Source: Marsupella aquatica
Lineage: Eukaryota; Plantae; Marchantiophyta
NCBI GenBank assembly: GCA_973895155.1
Contig: OZ316896.1
Coordinates: forward strand, 15,872,576-15,936,575
Direction: 5' to 3'
Length of the DNA: 64,000 nt
Both the position numbers and the translations under genes were made by a program. The notes under the pieces are model-generated. The model had not been told where the DNA came from and searched no databases. It saw only the letters and a program-made list of their open reading frames with translations. Below are positions 1 through 12,785 of this stretch, in pieces; position 1 is the first letter of the stretch; every line of letters begins with the position of its first letter.

Positions 1-50
1 TTCAGTGCCGTAAATTCTAGATCAACATATTATTATGTCAAGACATTCAG

Positions 51-3000
51 GGTGGAAATTATTGCGGTACACAAAATGAAGAAAGCATTGCTCACTGTCC
101 CGTGCAGGCCAGCTATTGCTTCTCTATCATTGAACGACACGCAAAAGGAAGATGAAGAGGAAGCATACCCATCGACTTTCAACAAGAGCTCACCTGTCGT
201 CCCTTGCGTTACCCTTGAAGAAAGGGGCAGAGATAGTATTTCAACGCAAGCACCTGCCGTGTCTATTAAAAAATCGCAGATACTGCGGGGAGACGGGCAG
301 GGAGCTCACTTCGAGGGGAAACAACGTATGGCGAGAGAAGATCCCACCCGTGGCCAACTGAAATTGAAAACAGCCCCGAAATCAGGAAACAGCGGTATGA
401 TGGTACTTAAACATAAAAATACCATTCCCAATCAGAAGGAGCACAGTCTCGGCGCATCCAAACGTCCTTCGCGAGAGCTCCAATTGGGTTTGCAGCGAAC
501 TTCTCCCCTTCAGTTGGGAAAGGGCCAAGGAGATAGTTGTGGGACGCATATACATGCAGAAAGAGAGAGGCAACAAATAGTTCGTCATAACGTCGTGGGT
601 GTGCCCACAGCGGTGACTCCTGTGGATGGAATTAAACAAGGGCTTGAGGTCCAAAAGTCAATCACCAACAAGGTCAAAGCTCAAAACATGCCGACTTCGA
701 GGTACAAATTGGAATTTATCATTTAGTTCACAAGTCCTATCGTCGAACCTGCAGTGCCAAGACTTCAGATGTTGTCTTCACTCTCCTTAAGGTCACCGGT
801 AGTGATTTCTGCTTCTGTCAATTTGTTAATCTTACAGGACGTTAGCGACTTCGAAATTCTTTGCCACTGATACTCCAACATCTATAGAGAAAGAGATTGG
901 GCACCAAATGCAAACCCCACAACCAGACCTGGGAAAAAGCTCCAAATTGATGTCTTCAGCATGTCAAATGAGGACACTTGCGACCGATGCTCCAACCTCT
1001 ACACAGAACGACATTGGACACCAGATCCACACCCCACGTCCAGACCTGGGAAAAAGCTCCAAGTTGATATCTTCAACAACGTGTCAAATGAGGACACATA
1101 CGCAGGTTTGGTAATTTCAGCCCTTCAATGCGTCGAGAATTCCTTTCTGAAGAGTCCGCGGGCTAGTTCTAGCAGCTACAATGTTACGAACGCATCCAAT
1201 CGCCAGATTTCTGCTAGAATCAATTTGAGATATCGACCGAGGATGGCCTCTTAAATATCCATAAAACCTTAGCCTGATTGCTAAAAACTCACTCTTCATT
1301 TTCGAATTGTTTGCCTTGTGTTACGATTTTTGTTGCCAGCCTAATGTGCTTGTCGGAGGTAAACATGCGGTCAGAAAAATTAGTGGAACCTCCGAGGTTA
1401 GCAGGGGCAAAGGTTTTCAGACGAACAGGTGACACTAACTTTGCAACATTCAAACGATCTTTAATTCTCCTACTTGATGACACATATCTAGAGTCCACAT
1501 CTGTTTTCAGCTGTTCATGACCAACCTTTTCAGTAGGCACTGCAAGGGTTTCGGTCGATTTCATGGATGGAACTTTAGGTTGATCTAGAATGGCAAATTC
1601 AATGTTCAGTTCCCTGGTAGATATTGAATTGGTTAGTTCCAGTAAGCATTGAATTATCGTAACGGCAACTTCTGATAGTGCACTCTGGCAGCTCAAGTAG
1701 GGATATAGAGATTCGGGCCAGTGGGAACAGTACGGAGACCACGGCCAGACCGCAGGCTCATGGCATCGGACGCACTACTCTCCAAAGTTCTCTATCGTTG
1801 AAACCGCAGGTTGACGGGCACAAGGTCCAAGCTGACAGAAGGAGCAGACAGAAAAGGCCATCACTGGAGCGTGTTGTAAGTCTGCTCTGGTTTCGCTCTG
1901 GATGTTTTAAGAATATCAAATCAAAGCTTGGCTTGTGACGAGCATTTTTCAAATTGATGTGTGAACAGACAACGACCCCGCTTTATATCTAGGGTAACCA
2001 TGCAAAATTTTCAAGTTCGGATAAGTGTCTTCCTAATTTCTCTAGTTTACTCCATCTAAGTTATATTTCATGATAGTTCTGGAAGCAGAACGGAAGGACA
2101 GGAGAATGACACTGGGAGAATAAAGGTATGGAAAACGAAATATGCTAACCAAGTTTGCTCACGTTTTGGATGTGTGCTGCTGCTGATCTGCAGGAGGATT
2201 CAGTCCCGTTTAGTGAAAAGGTCCAGAACCAAAAGCTTCCTGTTTCAACTGAGACACCAATGGGACACCTCCCTGCTCAAGGTTCAGCGGATTTGTTGAT
2301 CACTGAGGACAATCACATTGAGGAGCTATACTTTCAATATACTGACAAGCTTGATGCTGTAAGTAATACTACAGTAGCTCTGCTTTCATCAACCACAGAT
2401 ATTTTCACGTATTTGCTTCGGAACGAGCAGTGCGTCAAATTTATCCCGTTGCCTATTGCAGCAAGTAAACGGGTCCATTTGAACAGCCTCGTGTTGCAAG
2501 GAGTGGGCCACTTGTATTGTAGTCTTGGCTTGGCTCCCGGGGTTCGCGTTCGCAATTCTGGGTGTCGCCGAGGAAGTTTAGAAAATTAATATTTCTCTGC
2601 TCATGAACGTCTGGACCATGTTAATTTGCATTCAAGGTGCTTCCTTGATTCAGCTAGTTTCTTTAATCAGATGCTGAAGGTGCTAAGAAAGCTTAACGAT
2701 GATGCCAAGAACCTTCTTGTGAGAGCCCACGTCACCAACAACAAGCTCAGGATGCTCGACAGCCCTATGGTCGAATTTAAGATATCCTTTTAACATTTGA
2801 TGGTGATATGATTTTCCTACTGTTATGGTGCCGGGTTGCAAGAAAACATCATGAATAGCAAAGCCGTTGCATCATAAAACTTGTTCGCGATGGATGAAAT
2901 TCACAGTTTGTCGGTTAATTCGCAAAAATCTAGAAGGAGATTATGCTGATCCGGAAGATCCGTGGAACAAAAATTGTCGAACTTCGGATCAGGAAGAGCG

Positions 3001-3139
3001 AATCCGGGCAAAGTACTCTGGTAAGTGTACGGAATTTGAGAAATTATGTCATCCTGTCCTTGACTCCGACCACATTCAGAAACTGAAGAAATCTGTAATG
3101 GACGCTTTGCGAAATGATTACAGAGACAAGGAACCGTAG
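51..3139 (+). CDS. Partial multi-exon gene (or pseudogene) of unknown function, low-complexity protein with a 39-aa tandem repeat; 5' end lies outside the window
   Basis: Exon 51-701 (cag| ... AG|gtac, phase 2) splices in frame to exon 838-1105 (tacag|G ... CAG|gtttgg), which encodes two ~39-aa repeats. Further candidate exons at ~1692-1877, ~2077-2124, 2194-~2790 and ~2867-3139, but these have in-frame stops and no complete model could be built. No recognisable domain. Confidence 0.4.
862..1105 (+). repeat. Coding tandem duplication, ~117-bp unit x2
   Basis: ccagacctgggaaaaagctccaa..tgat.tcttca..tgtcaaatgaggacac occurs twice; translates as ATDTPTSIEKEIGHQMQTPQPDLGKSSKLMSSACQMRTL / ATDAPTSTQNDIGHQIHTPRPDLGKSSKLISSTTCQMRTH. 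Confidence 0.85.
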
Positions 3140-6100
3140 CGGTATCGACAAAACTCTCCTCGATGCTCACCCTTCGACTAGCGGAGAAAATTCTCAGTAA
3201 TTGATCCTGGATGACACAGACGGCTTACTGGAATTCATCCATCGCTCTAGTAGCTGCTCTAAGAGCTCTTTGCTCGCTCTCATGCTCGTACAACATTTGC
3301 AATTTATAGACATGTAGTCTAGGGACGCAGAATTGCTCTCCACAAATCAACGACACCGTAGGACACCCAGTGCAACCCTGCCACAGAGAACTGGGCAGGC
3401 AAAATCGAATTGCTGTACCTAGAGTGTACCTAGAGAGCTCTGTCACGTCGTAGGAGGTCTTGAACGTAAATTTGAAGGGAAGTCATGCGTGACTTTTTGC
3501 ATTACTTTTGAGTCTTGCTTAGGCACTGCAGTCAAGCTCTCTACTGTGCATCTGGCACTTAGCGTAGGAGTGGACTGGCAGCGAGGTTGGACAGGGCTGC
3601 TGTTGTTTGAGGGGTGGGGGTTTGGTTGTGGATGGGCTTTCTCATTTGAACCATCATCACGATTCTAACAAACTGCTGGCGATCGGTCGCTTCTAAACTC
3701 ATCAAAACATTTTTTTACTCATGTAGTGAATCACATGTGCCATTATAGTTCTCTTGTTGAGACGTTCTGCAAAGACATTGTCAGTTATGCACGATCTTTG
3801 ATAGCAAGGATTTCTGATTTGACCAAACTATTGAGGTTTTCGTTGAACCTGTAGACTCCAACGGCAGAGAACACTGAACACATCAAAGAGCAGATGGAAT
3901 GGACAGTATTGTTGGTAGCAACATGATGGACGCAATCATGATGGACGCAAAGCTCGAGTGGTGTTTCCAAGGGGGTAGTGATACAAAGGAGGGCATAGGG
4001 TTTGTCAAAAGGATGGCCACAAGCAAAGTCCTAGGGGCGAAACGTTTCATCAGTAAGATTGTGATGGGTCTTGTAATTAGGTTCTTGTAATTAGGTAGCC
4101 AGTAAGTATTCACGTCCTGGCCATAAAACAGTTTTATGGCCTTGGCGGCACTTATGGAGCTCTTTTTACAAGCTTTAATAGTTGCTTGAAAATTATCATC
4201 CTAGGGGCTTGCAACATTGAGTTCTATCAGTATTTCATTCAACATTTCCTCCTTCCCATCCTAAAATGACATTGGCTTAGAGTATACAATTGTTGCCATT
4301 GTGCCACTTTGCCAAACTACAGTATACACGTTATTGTGATGAGAATGAAGCCAGTATGGTTTTGGCCACAACTGCAGTACCTTTGTGGAGACCCTCAATG
4401 ATAGCAGCTGACCAAAGCTTCTTCAAGAACTTCAAGAAGAGCTTGTCATTTCACTATAGCCCTTGACCCTGGATGACAGCAGGTGACCTCTTCACAGGCG
4501 GCCTCCCTAATTCATCGACTGTCTTCACATGCGGCCCCTACTCCACCAACTCTCTTCACAGCAACCCTATTTTCAAATGTGGGGCAAACTCCACACCCGT
4601 CCCCTTTTTTCACCCCACCCTTACTTCAAATTATTGTCCCCTAAGTCCTTGAAGGAAAATAGAGATGACGACAATAAAAATCCTGAAAAAAAGATTATAA
4701 GCTCTTTCTTGTTCCTTTTTGCCTCATCTCTATTTTTTTGTCCACCCTGCTTTTTAATTTTTTATTGAGAGTTACCGTCTAGAGGCTTCACCCTATACTA
4801 TGGGCCTTAAAAGTAGCTTTGAATTGCACTTTATTAGTAAGATATGAATGCTAACATTTTTTAATGTGAAAATGTTGTATCAATGGGACTTTTAGGGTAA
4901 TTTGGTGGTTTCTGTCCTTAATGTCTAAAGTGCCTTCTTTACACATTAAGTGTGTGTAGGGTTACAAAGGGCACCTCTGGTATTCACTCTTCTTCATAGT
5001 GCCAAGGCTGTTGGTGTATGGGCCTTTACACAAATTCTTCCTGTTAGTGACCCCTTTATGTGGTTTACACAGGAGCTTCACCAGACTTTGGGTTTTCTTT
5101 TGCCATTCCAGGAGCCTCTTTGGTCTTCTTGAGTTTTTTCTTTTGTTTTCCCCCCTTTATTGGGTCTAGTGCCTTTGGGATCTTGTCCGCTGATTTGGCA
5201 CATTTTGTTCATGGCATTGTTCTATATAACTTCAGTTGGTAAATCATCTGAACATCAATTTCCTCAACTTTGGGTACTTTCTAATATCTAATATTGGTTT
5301 ACCCTAAACTTTCTAATGTTTCAAAATTTTATATACATAGTTTTATTCTAATGTAATTGGGGAGAAAGTTGACTACTATTTGGGTTTGCGCTCTTAGTGG
5401 ACCCTCCTAAAAGTGGACTCATCTTTCTTGTCCATGGGAGTCTATGGACAAGAAAGTGGACTCATCATGCGGACCACGAGGAATAATAATGATGATAATA
5501 TACTGTCCATCTTTCCTCTCATCTGTGAATCTCACTTTTTCCTACCGTACCCTAATCCAAAGAATCCAACCTCTTTCGTTTGCAGCTGTTTTCAGCATTT
5601 CGCTGCTCCCTGAACAGTATCTGCGTCTCGCACTACAGTTTAAGGCTCTCTGTTAGTGCACATTCCATAAGTGCAAACCCTAGCTAATTGCAATGTTTCT
5701 CCCTTTTTATAATACTATATTGAACTTTCATTTGGTAGTTTTTGGAAGTGCAACGAGGGGCTTCACAAAAAGACAGATATATAAGTGCAAACCTCTTTAA
5801 GGGTTATGCATGCACTATGGTTAAGTGCAAAATTCCTTGAGGAAGTCGCAAGAATGTAGGCGGACAGAGTACCCATTGCACGTTGATACTAAAAATGCAG
5901 TGTAGTAAGCTGATTGAGAGGAATAGGACTTATAGTCAGCTTCCAGTTTTTTAAGAAAGTATTGGGCTCAAAATGTTTACCTAATTTGGGAACTCTATAA
6001 CATTTACAATGTATGTGTGACAGGTTTGAGTCACTATGGCTCTTGATTCATTTAGTGGAGCTCAATCTGCCATTGCCAACTTACACTACTTTGGGATCAT

Positions 6101-7047
6101 TCCCGTGTGGTATCTTGAAATTGAGCATAATGTAGAGACATTTAAACAGTACAATCTTATCAATAAATGCAAATTCCAAGTTTTTGCATTTATGGCCTAG
6201 TGCAAACCCTACGTTAAGTGCACATCTGAGGCTCTATCCGGAGAGTGTGCACCAAAATAATTTTGAAGATCTTTTATTTTTCACAGTGTGCTGCTGTTGT
6301 TTATCAAATCTCCTAGTCTAATTTCTAACCACCTGATCTCCCAAGGTATAAAGTTCACGGTTTAATTTCTGGATAATACGATCAATGGCTACATGGACAA
6401 TTGAAAATAGCTCATTGTTATCAAATGTTTTTAGAGAGGTGAAATCTAGCAAAATTTTGCCATTTTCACCTTTAAAAAAGAAAGGCAATGTGGGACACTG
6501 GTGGGCTCCGTTCTCTTTGCCCCTGCCTTTGTGGGCTGCTTGTCCCCCCTCTCCGTGAGGTTTTCACGGTCAACTTATATACAAAAAGGAAAACCCTGGA
6601 AAAAGAAAGGCAATGTGCACTTATAGAGGGTCGAGTAGATTACTCCCTCTTTTTCGAATCGAGTCTGAGTAATTGCACTTTCCAATCCTTTCTTCCTTTG
6701 CTTTCCTTCGTGCCTCCCATCCAGCTCGTCCCTCGTGTCGCGACTGTCTCGCGCATCAATCATCCCATTATTGTGCACCCATCTGCGCACTCTCTCGCTC
6801 CCCTGTCTCCCTTCCTCCCTCCATCGCGATCGATATCTTGCGCTCCACTCCGACCCAATTGTCTGCTATTGCCGTTACGGTCTTGTACATTCGATTCCCC
6901 TCTGCCGTCTGGATTTGATGGTCAGGTCGCAATCCGCGCACCCAGTTCGTCGTGCTCTGCACATCCTCTGTCACTCGTCAATCGACATCGGTAATAATGT
7001 CCGATAGTTGCGGGGAGGGCGGCAGAGAACAAGCTCACAGCATTGGC

Positions 7048-7180
7048 TGAGAGAGTGAGAGAGAGATCTGTAGAGAGAGCGAGAGAGAGAGAGATTTGCA
7101 GATTGGTAGAGAGGTTGTAGAGCAATACATCATTCTGGTTTTTCTGGAAATTCGCTTGCTGGCAGAGAGAGAGAAAGAGC
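7048..7180 (+). repeat. (GA)n microsatellite tracts in promoter/5'UTR of the FAM114A-like gene (possible GAGA/BPC sites)
   Basis: Several gagagagaga runs 200-340 bp upstream of ATG 7387; regulatory role is inference. Confidence 0.7.
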
Positions 7181-7386
7181 AGTCTGTGAGATCGCGCGCC
7201 GGGATTTTGGGGATGGCGTCAGAGTGAGGCCGCACTGTCTGGTCTCTATGGTTTTCGATACTGGGAGCGTCGGCTGAGAGAACGGTAGTTGACAGAGAGC
7301 GGTAGAGAAGGGTCTATGTGCTGCGGCATCGGTCAAAATCCTTTGACATAGAACTTGTGAGGTGATATTGTGAGCGAAGGCCAGGA

Positions 7387-10300
7387 ATGGAAGACGGAGG
7401 ACAAGGAAATGTGGTTCCTGCAGAAGAGTCGGAGGCGAAGAAGGAACAGACACCAGCAAGTGGAGGTGGCGGAGGATGGGGAGGCTGGGGCGGCTGGGGG
7501 ACGTCAGCCCTGTCTGTGTTCACAGACCTCCAGAAAGCCGCTGCTGACGTTGCGGACGAGCTTTCCAAAAATGTGAGCCCTCGTGAATTTGTTGGCCTCT
7601 TTATCGTCTGGCTACCTTACACGACGTGATGAATGCGTTGTTGTTGCTTTGAGGAAGCGACCATGTTAATGTCAGTTTTGCAAGCCTTTTCCCAATCGTG
7701 AACGTGTTTTTCTTCCTCTTTTTTAAGTCCAGCCCGAAGATATGGAGCTGCTCTCTGCTAAAGTTTTCGGAATGTTCTTAAATGAGTTGGAGAGAAGATA
7801 CTGCACATCGATTCGAGAGTATTTCTCTGCACTCAAGGAAATGCTTGCAACCGTTACACATGACAATCCTTGTGGCGAGATCCAATTCCTGAAAACTAGG
7901 CAGGAAGAAAAAAGTTGCCCGAGCGTTGTGCCAGCAAAAATTTGCTGATGCCCACCATCAAGGTGGTCTTTGTACTTGAGTTCCAGATTTGTTGCTCCAA
8001 TGTTATTTATTACCCTAATGATTGCCAAAGTTCTTTGCGCGCCCCTTTTCTGTTCCAGTCAAAACTTAAATTTGAGGTGGCAAAAGGTTGTTCAGGGTAT
8101 ATGATTGTGCGAACTCCGACCGCGCCTCACTTTAGGTCATGACAGTAGGGTTAGCTCGATTCGTGGCGGGGTTTCAAACCTCTATGGATGCTGACGTATT
8201 GGTCACAGTTACCGGCACCTCGTCGTGTTTAGTCTACTACTAGGTCATGTTTTCCCTAGCTTTCTATCTCTCCGCATGTCGTGTAGGAAGAATGCGGTCA
8301 TGACTTTGTCTTTCGAGATCTGGGTACCGGCGGAGCCGAGGTCTGATTCTGATAATTCGTCGTGTTTTACAGGCAGTTGCTGCTGCCCAGGGTGCAGCCA
8401 AAGGGGTTGCCGACTTGCCAAAGAGTGTTGCGGACCAAATTGAATTAGATCTGAAGGATGACTCTCTTCCTAAGGAGGAAGCTACTCCTGTGGATGAGGC
8501 AGCGAAGGAGAAGGAAAATCTTGAGGAGGATGAGGACATTCCTTTGACCCCACAGGATAAATTACGGCGTTCTGCTCTGGAAAAGCTTGAAGGAGCCAGC
8601 AAAGAAAGTTTTCTTGGACAGGTTGGACTCCACAACAGCAACTATTTGCGTCGAATTTGTCTTTGTCAGGGGCACTTCCGATAATATCTATTACACAGGA
8701 CTTACACTATGGCACTTTGTAAAAGCAGGGCCTCAAGGTGTTTGACGACTCGGTGGACACTATAGCATCTGGAGCCTTTCAAGCATTTGGAAATGCCTGG
8801 AAAGGGAGCTTAAGTCTCGTGCAAAAGTACGTACAAGTGCATTTATATGTCTGTTCCAGAAATAGTAATCCATTGGGTAATGGTGCCATGTGGAAGGCAG
8901 TCGAAGGACGGAGGAAGTTCTGATTCTCGTCAATCATCTCTGCAGGTTGGAACATTCAGCAGAGAATTTGGCTGGAAATATTCAGCAGGGCACGTTCACT
9001 CAGAAGGCTGGTTCGTTTGTAGAAGTAAGCACGCATTGTGGAGAGTGAATTCTCTGTTGTCTTCCTCTCGATGAGCTGTCAGATAAAAATGGAGACGGGT
9101 GTTTTGCAACTTAGGATAAATTGTCTCGGAGGGCAATTAATCAATTAGAGAAATTGGTTCCTCAATAGGGCTGGAGAGGTGCATCCTCCTCAAGATTTTC
9201 GTCAATAGGGCTTGTATGCGTTTCACTGCTTTTCCATGGACAACTTTTGAATCTTTGGATATGTCCTTATCATGTGCAGAGTGGTAAAGCTTTCACTGCG
9301 AGGGGGATCAAAGTGCTGGAGCATGTTGGAAAAGAGACCTTGGATATGATCGCAGCAGAAACTGGAATTGAGCTCGAGCAAGATCCTCCCGCCTCAGAAA
9401 CAGTGGACGGTGATGAGGGCTATTACGAAGACGTGACTTTTGATCGATGCTTTTACATTTATGGAGGACCAGAGCACTTAGAGGTATTTAAGTGTTTTCC
9501 TCTCTCAAGTTCCACAGATACCACTCATAAATTTAGTGGACCAGAATCATGCATGTGACATCGATTGATAGTTGCCTATGGTCACTCTAGCAGCGAGATG
9601 TCAAAAAGCGTGCTGCATAGAATTATTTGGACCATCCCCAGTTGGCTTCTTATATCTTGTCGATTACAGGAATTGGAGTCATTGTCAAACCATTACACCT
9701 TACTGTGCAATCGGGCCAGAGCAAAATTGGCCGGGGAGGCCAAGATTACTTTCGATGGGACTTTGAAACAGCTTCACGAGACATTGAGTTTAAGCGGGGA
9801 GAGCGACGATGGACCTAACAAGGGGAAGAGAGTGGATGGGGAATCCGCAAACAGTGGAGATGAGCTCACGTCCCTTCGTGATTCAAGCATAAGTAAAGCT
9901 GCTGAAATGGCTGCTGGGTGAGTTTACTTGACATGTTGAGAAACATTGTGCTTATGCTTCTTGCACGCTTGAGGACAATTTTTTCGCCGTCATTTTTGAC
10001 ATATACTGAACTCTTCTTGTCAACTTCCTCAGTTTCACAGGAGCATTAGGAGGGCTTGCGGTGAAGGAAGTTGTCAAAAAAACCACCGACAGGGTAGACG
10101 CTATCAAGGCAGAGGGTGTTCATGTGAGTGAAGTGCTATAACCTATTTGTTATATCAAAACCGAAGGTCGATAATGAATATGCCCTAGTCATTTCTCTTA
10201 GAAAATGAATGAATTTCGACTGATTCAAGTGGTTTGATCTTGGGGACTGAAGCGGAAGGCGAGAGTTTTCTCTGGTTTTTGCAGAGGCTGTCGGAGTTAT

Positions 10301-10823
10301 GTGCGGTGTGCATTTCCCATCTGGTTCTACTGGCGAAGTCTGTCTTGACAACCAGTACTGAAGCAGACAAGGCGAACCGTGTTGCAGACGACATAGAATG
10401 GCCGCAAGATAGCTTGGGAAAAGCTGCATTGATCAGAGTCCGAGCCCGAACCATGGCGGGAGACATTGAGGCAGTTTCTGACAGTTTCGTTACCGGTACA
10501 ATTCACTCACCTCAAGTCGCTTTCTCTTTTATTGTAAACATTTATGGTCATCAGAGGTAATTATAATGAATGCACTTGACCCTACAGGTATTGGAGATGT
10601 GACAGCTGCTTTTCAGGCTGCGATTAAGAATGAGATTGCTGTTGCCAAGGAAGAGGGAGTTGAAGATGTTAGAGAGGGGTTGCTGAAAGAAAGCTCAATT
10701 GAAGATAAGGCGCAGGCAGTGTGCTCTGATATTGAGAATGATGGGAGCGCAGCAATTGAGAAAATTCAAGATGGTCTCAAGCATTTAGTTTATGTAGTCT
10801 TGTCAACATCCGTTAGCTCTTAG
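7387..10823 (+). CDS. FAM114A/Noxp20-like conserved plant protein (resembles Arabidopsis At2g15860, 'BAT2 domain protein'), ~533 aa, 9 exons
   Basis: Exons 7387-7572, 8373-8621, 8729-8826, 8946-9024, 9280-9483, 9670-9917, 10033-10123, 10285-10495, 10588-10823; all GT-AG and phase-consistent (1602 nt). Motifs GGWGGWGGWGTSALS, GIKVLEHVGKET, VTFDRCFYIYGGPEHLEELESLS, GVHRLSELC, IEKIQDGLKHLVYVVLSTS. Family assignment is from recognition, not a search. Confidence 0.88.
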
Positions 10824-12785
10824 GTTTGGGTGAACTGAATAATGGTTAAAGGTACATACGATGCCGTCTCATTCGGGGGCAGGATTTTCCTTCAATAGTA
10901 GTATGTTACCTTAAATTAGACTGTACATTAGTAGGGATATATATCTTGAAAATTGTGGCAATGTGCAGATTAATTCATGCCACTTTGTAATTAGCCCTTT
11001 CAATTCTTCAGAACTCCCAATCGAAGACTGTCTGAGTACCTGAAAGATGTTCATAATTAGACTGTTGGGGGTGATGGCTTTCGACCATTCAAGCATAAAC
11101 ATCTGAAATAGAAACTTGTGGCACCATCGCCATCAATATCATTCAGACCCAGTTGCACAACCCTCTCCGCGAATAAGATTGGTATGACTTCAGGCTCTGC
11201 TGGGTACTGCAATGAAAGAGGAAGTCCTGTGGTGCTATCAGGGTGCTAAAAGTTAACAACTTGGGACCCGGTCAAACGGAGGTTAAGAGAGTAATGCTAG
11301 CTAGTGTGAAAAAAATTCAATGGGATGGGACCGAGTGAGCTTGAGTCATACAGAGCAGAACATAAAGTAAAAATTGAATATCTATGGTACATGCAATTTG
11401 ATCAGTTTTTTAATGACGTGGTTCCGTTCGACCCGCCTTGCAACGTTACGAGCGTTATTTTCAATGAGAGCCAACTTGGGAGCTATTGGGGTCTGTCTTT
11501 CCAGATCGTAATTGGAGTAGGGAAGTAGTAACACTTTCTGCATGTTCTGAAAATCCTGAAAGGCCCGTCGTGGTAAAATCCCGGGGAGCTGGTATCAGGG
11601 AGCGTTTGACCCAGAATCTATTTTGGAACTAAGGGTAGTTTCATGATTTTTGCTTGAAATTATGGTAAACTTATATATAGGGATCTGCGAAGAACGTGTT
11701 GGACATAGATTTTACACAGATCATAAACATAAACTCGCCAGGTGTACTTGAGAGTCCATGGTATGAAGCAGCTGAAGAAACAGTTTAGAATCTTCAGTTT
11801 AGAATTTTCGGAAGAACCGATTGAACAAATTACAGATGATTTGCAACTGCGATTTTTTGACGGAATAGTTTTCTTTTTTATAACGTGGAAGAGATGTATC
11901 CCGACACCGGCCAGCTTCTGTGTACCACTCTATTTTCATCCCCGGATAGATGTGTTGGTACAGTTCTGTAATCTCTGATAGTGGGAGTCCGACTGCACGA
12001 TGTCTCCTGAGTGGAACCCAATTTGCTAAATTAGTATACATTTATTCTCTGTACACCGCAGACAATTCGCTCGGGATAAACCGTAGCTGCGAGCGAGGTA
12101 TCTATACAATGATATTTGTCGTTCTTGTGATATGATAATCAATATCGGTGACACTTCATTATCTTCTTGTTCAGGTACTTTGTGAACATACAACCCGCCG
12201 ACTTTTACACAGGTTAGCACGAATTTATATCCATTACTTATCTTTGTTGGTCACTGCTGTAGAGAGTCCGAGTGAAAGATCATTTCATTATTCGGAAATC
12301 TGTCATTGCCTTCCAGTCGAAGTTGAACGAGGAACTTATACGGGGCTCAATTGTACAATGTATCACAGGACTCAGTGAGGGATTGGTGGTGCCCCATTGT
12401 CCCACCAGGTCGTGGTCTGTAGAATAAGCATGATATGTACTGAAGCTTGAACAATTGTGATCCGCGCCAGCGAGAAAAATACTCGGAACGAAGCAGATGA
12501 GGTAGATGAAGCACCCAAAAACTACTGCCATGAGAGGCTTGCACTTGCAACATTGATTATTCAATGTCATACCGAAAAAACCAATATTTCGATATTGCTA
12601 TAAACGGTCTGCAGGATTTATTAACAGAAAATTACAACCGACGAGCTAGATATGGAGAACTTCGGGAATCAGTATGACTGTTCGACAAAATGGATCTCTT
12701 TCCTATGAACCTTGATTCCCTGATTCATATTTGGCTCAGCTCTTCAAAGACGATTTCAGGTTCTCTACATCCGAGAGAATCCAGT

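Noticed and set aside
5630-6290. Possible MITE with repeated AAGTGCAAACC motifs
   Set aside because: Could not define matching TIRs or a TSD.
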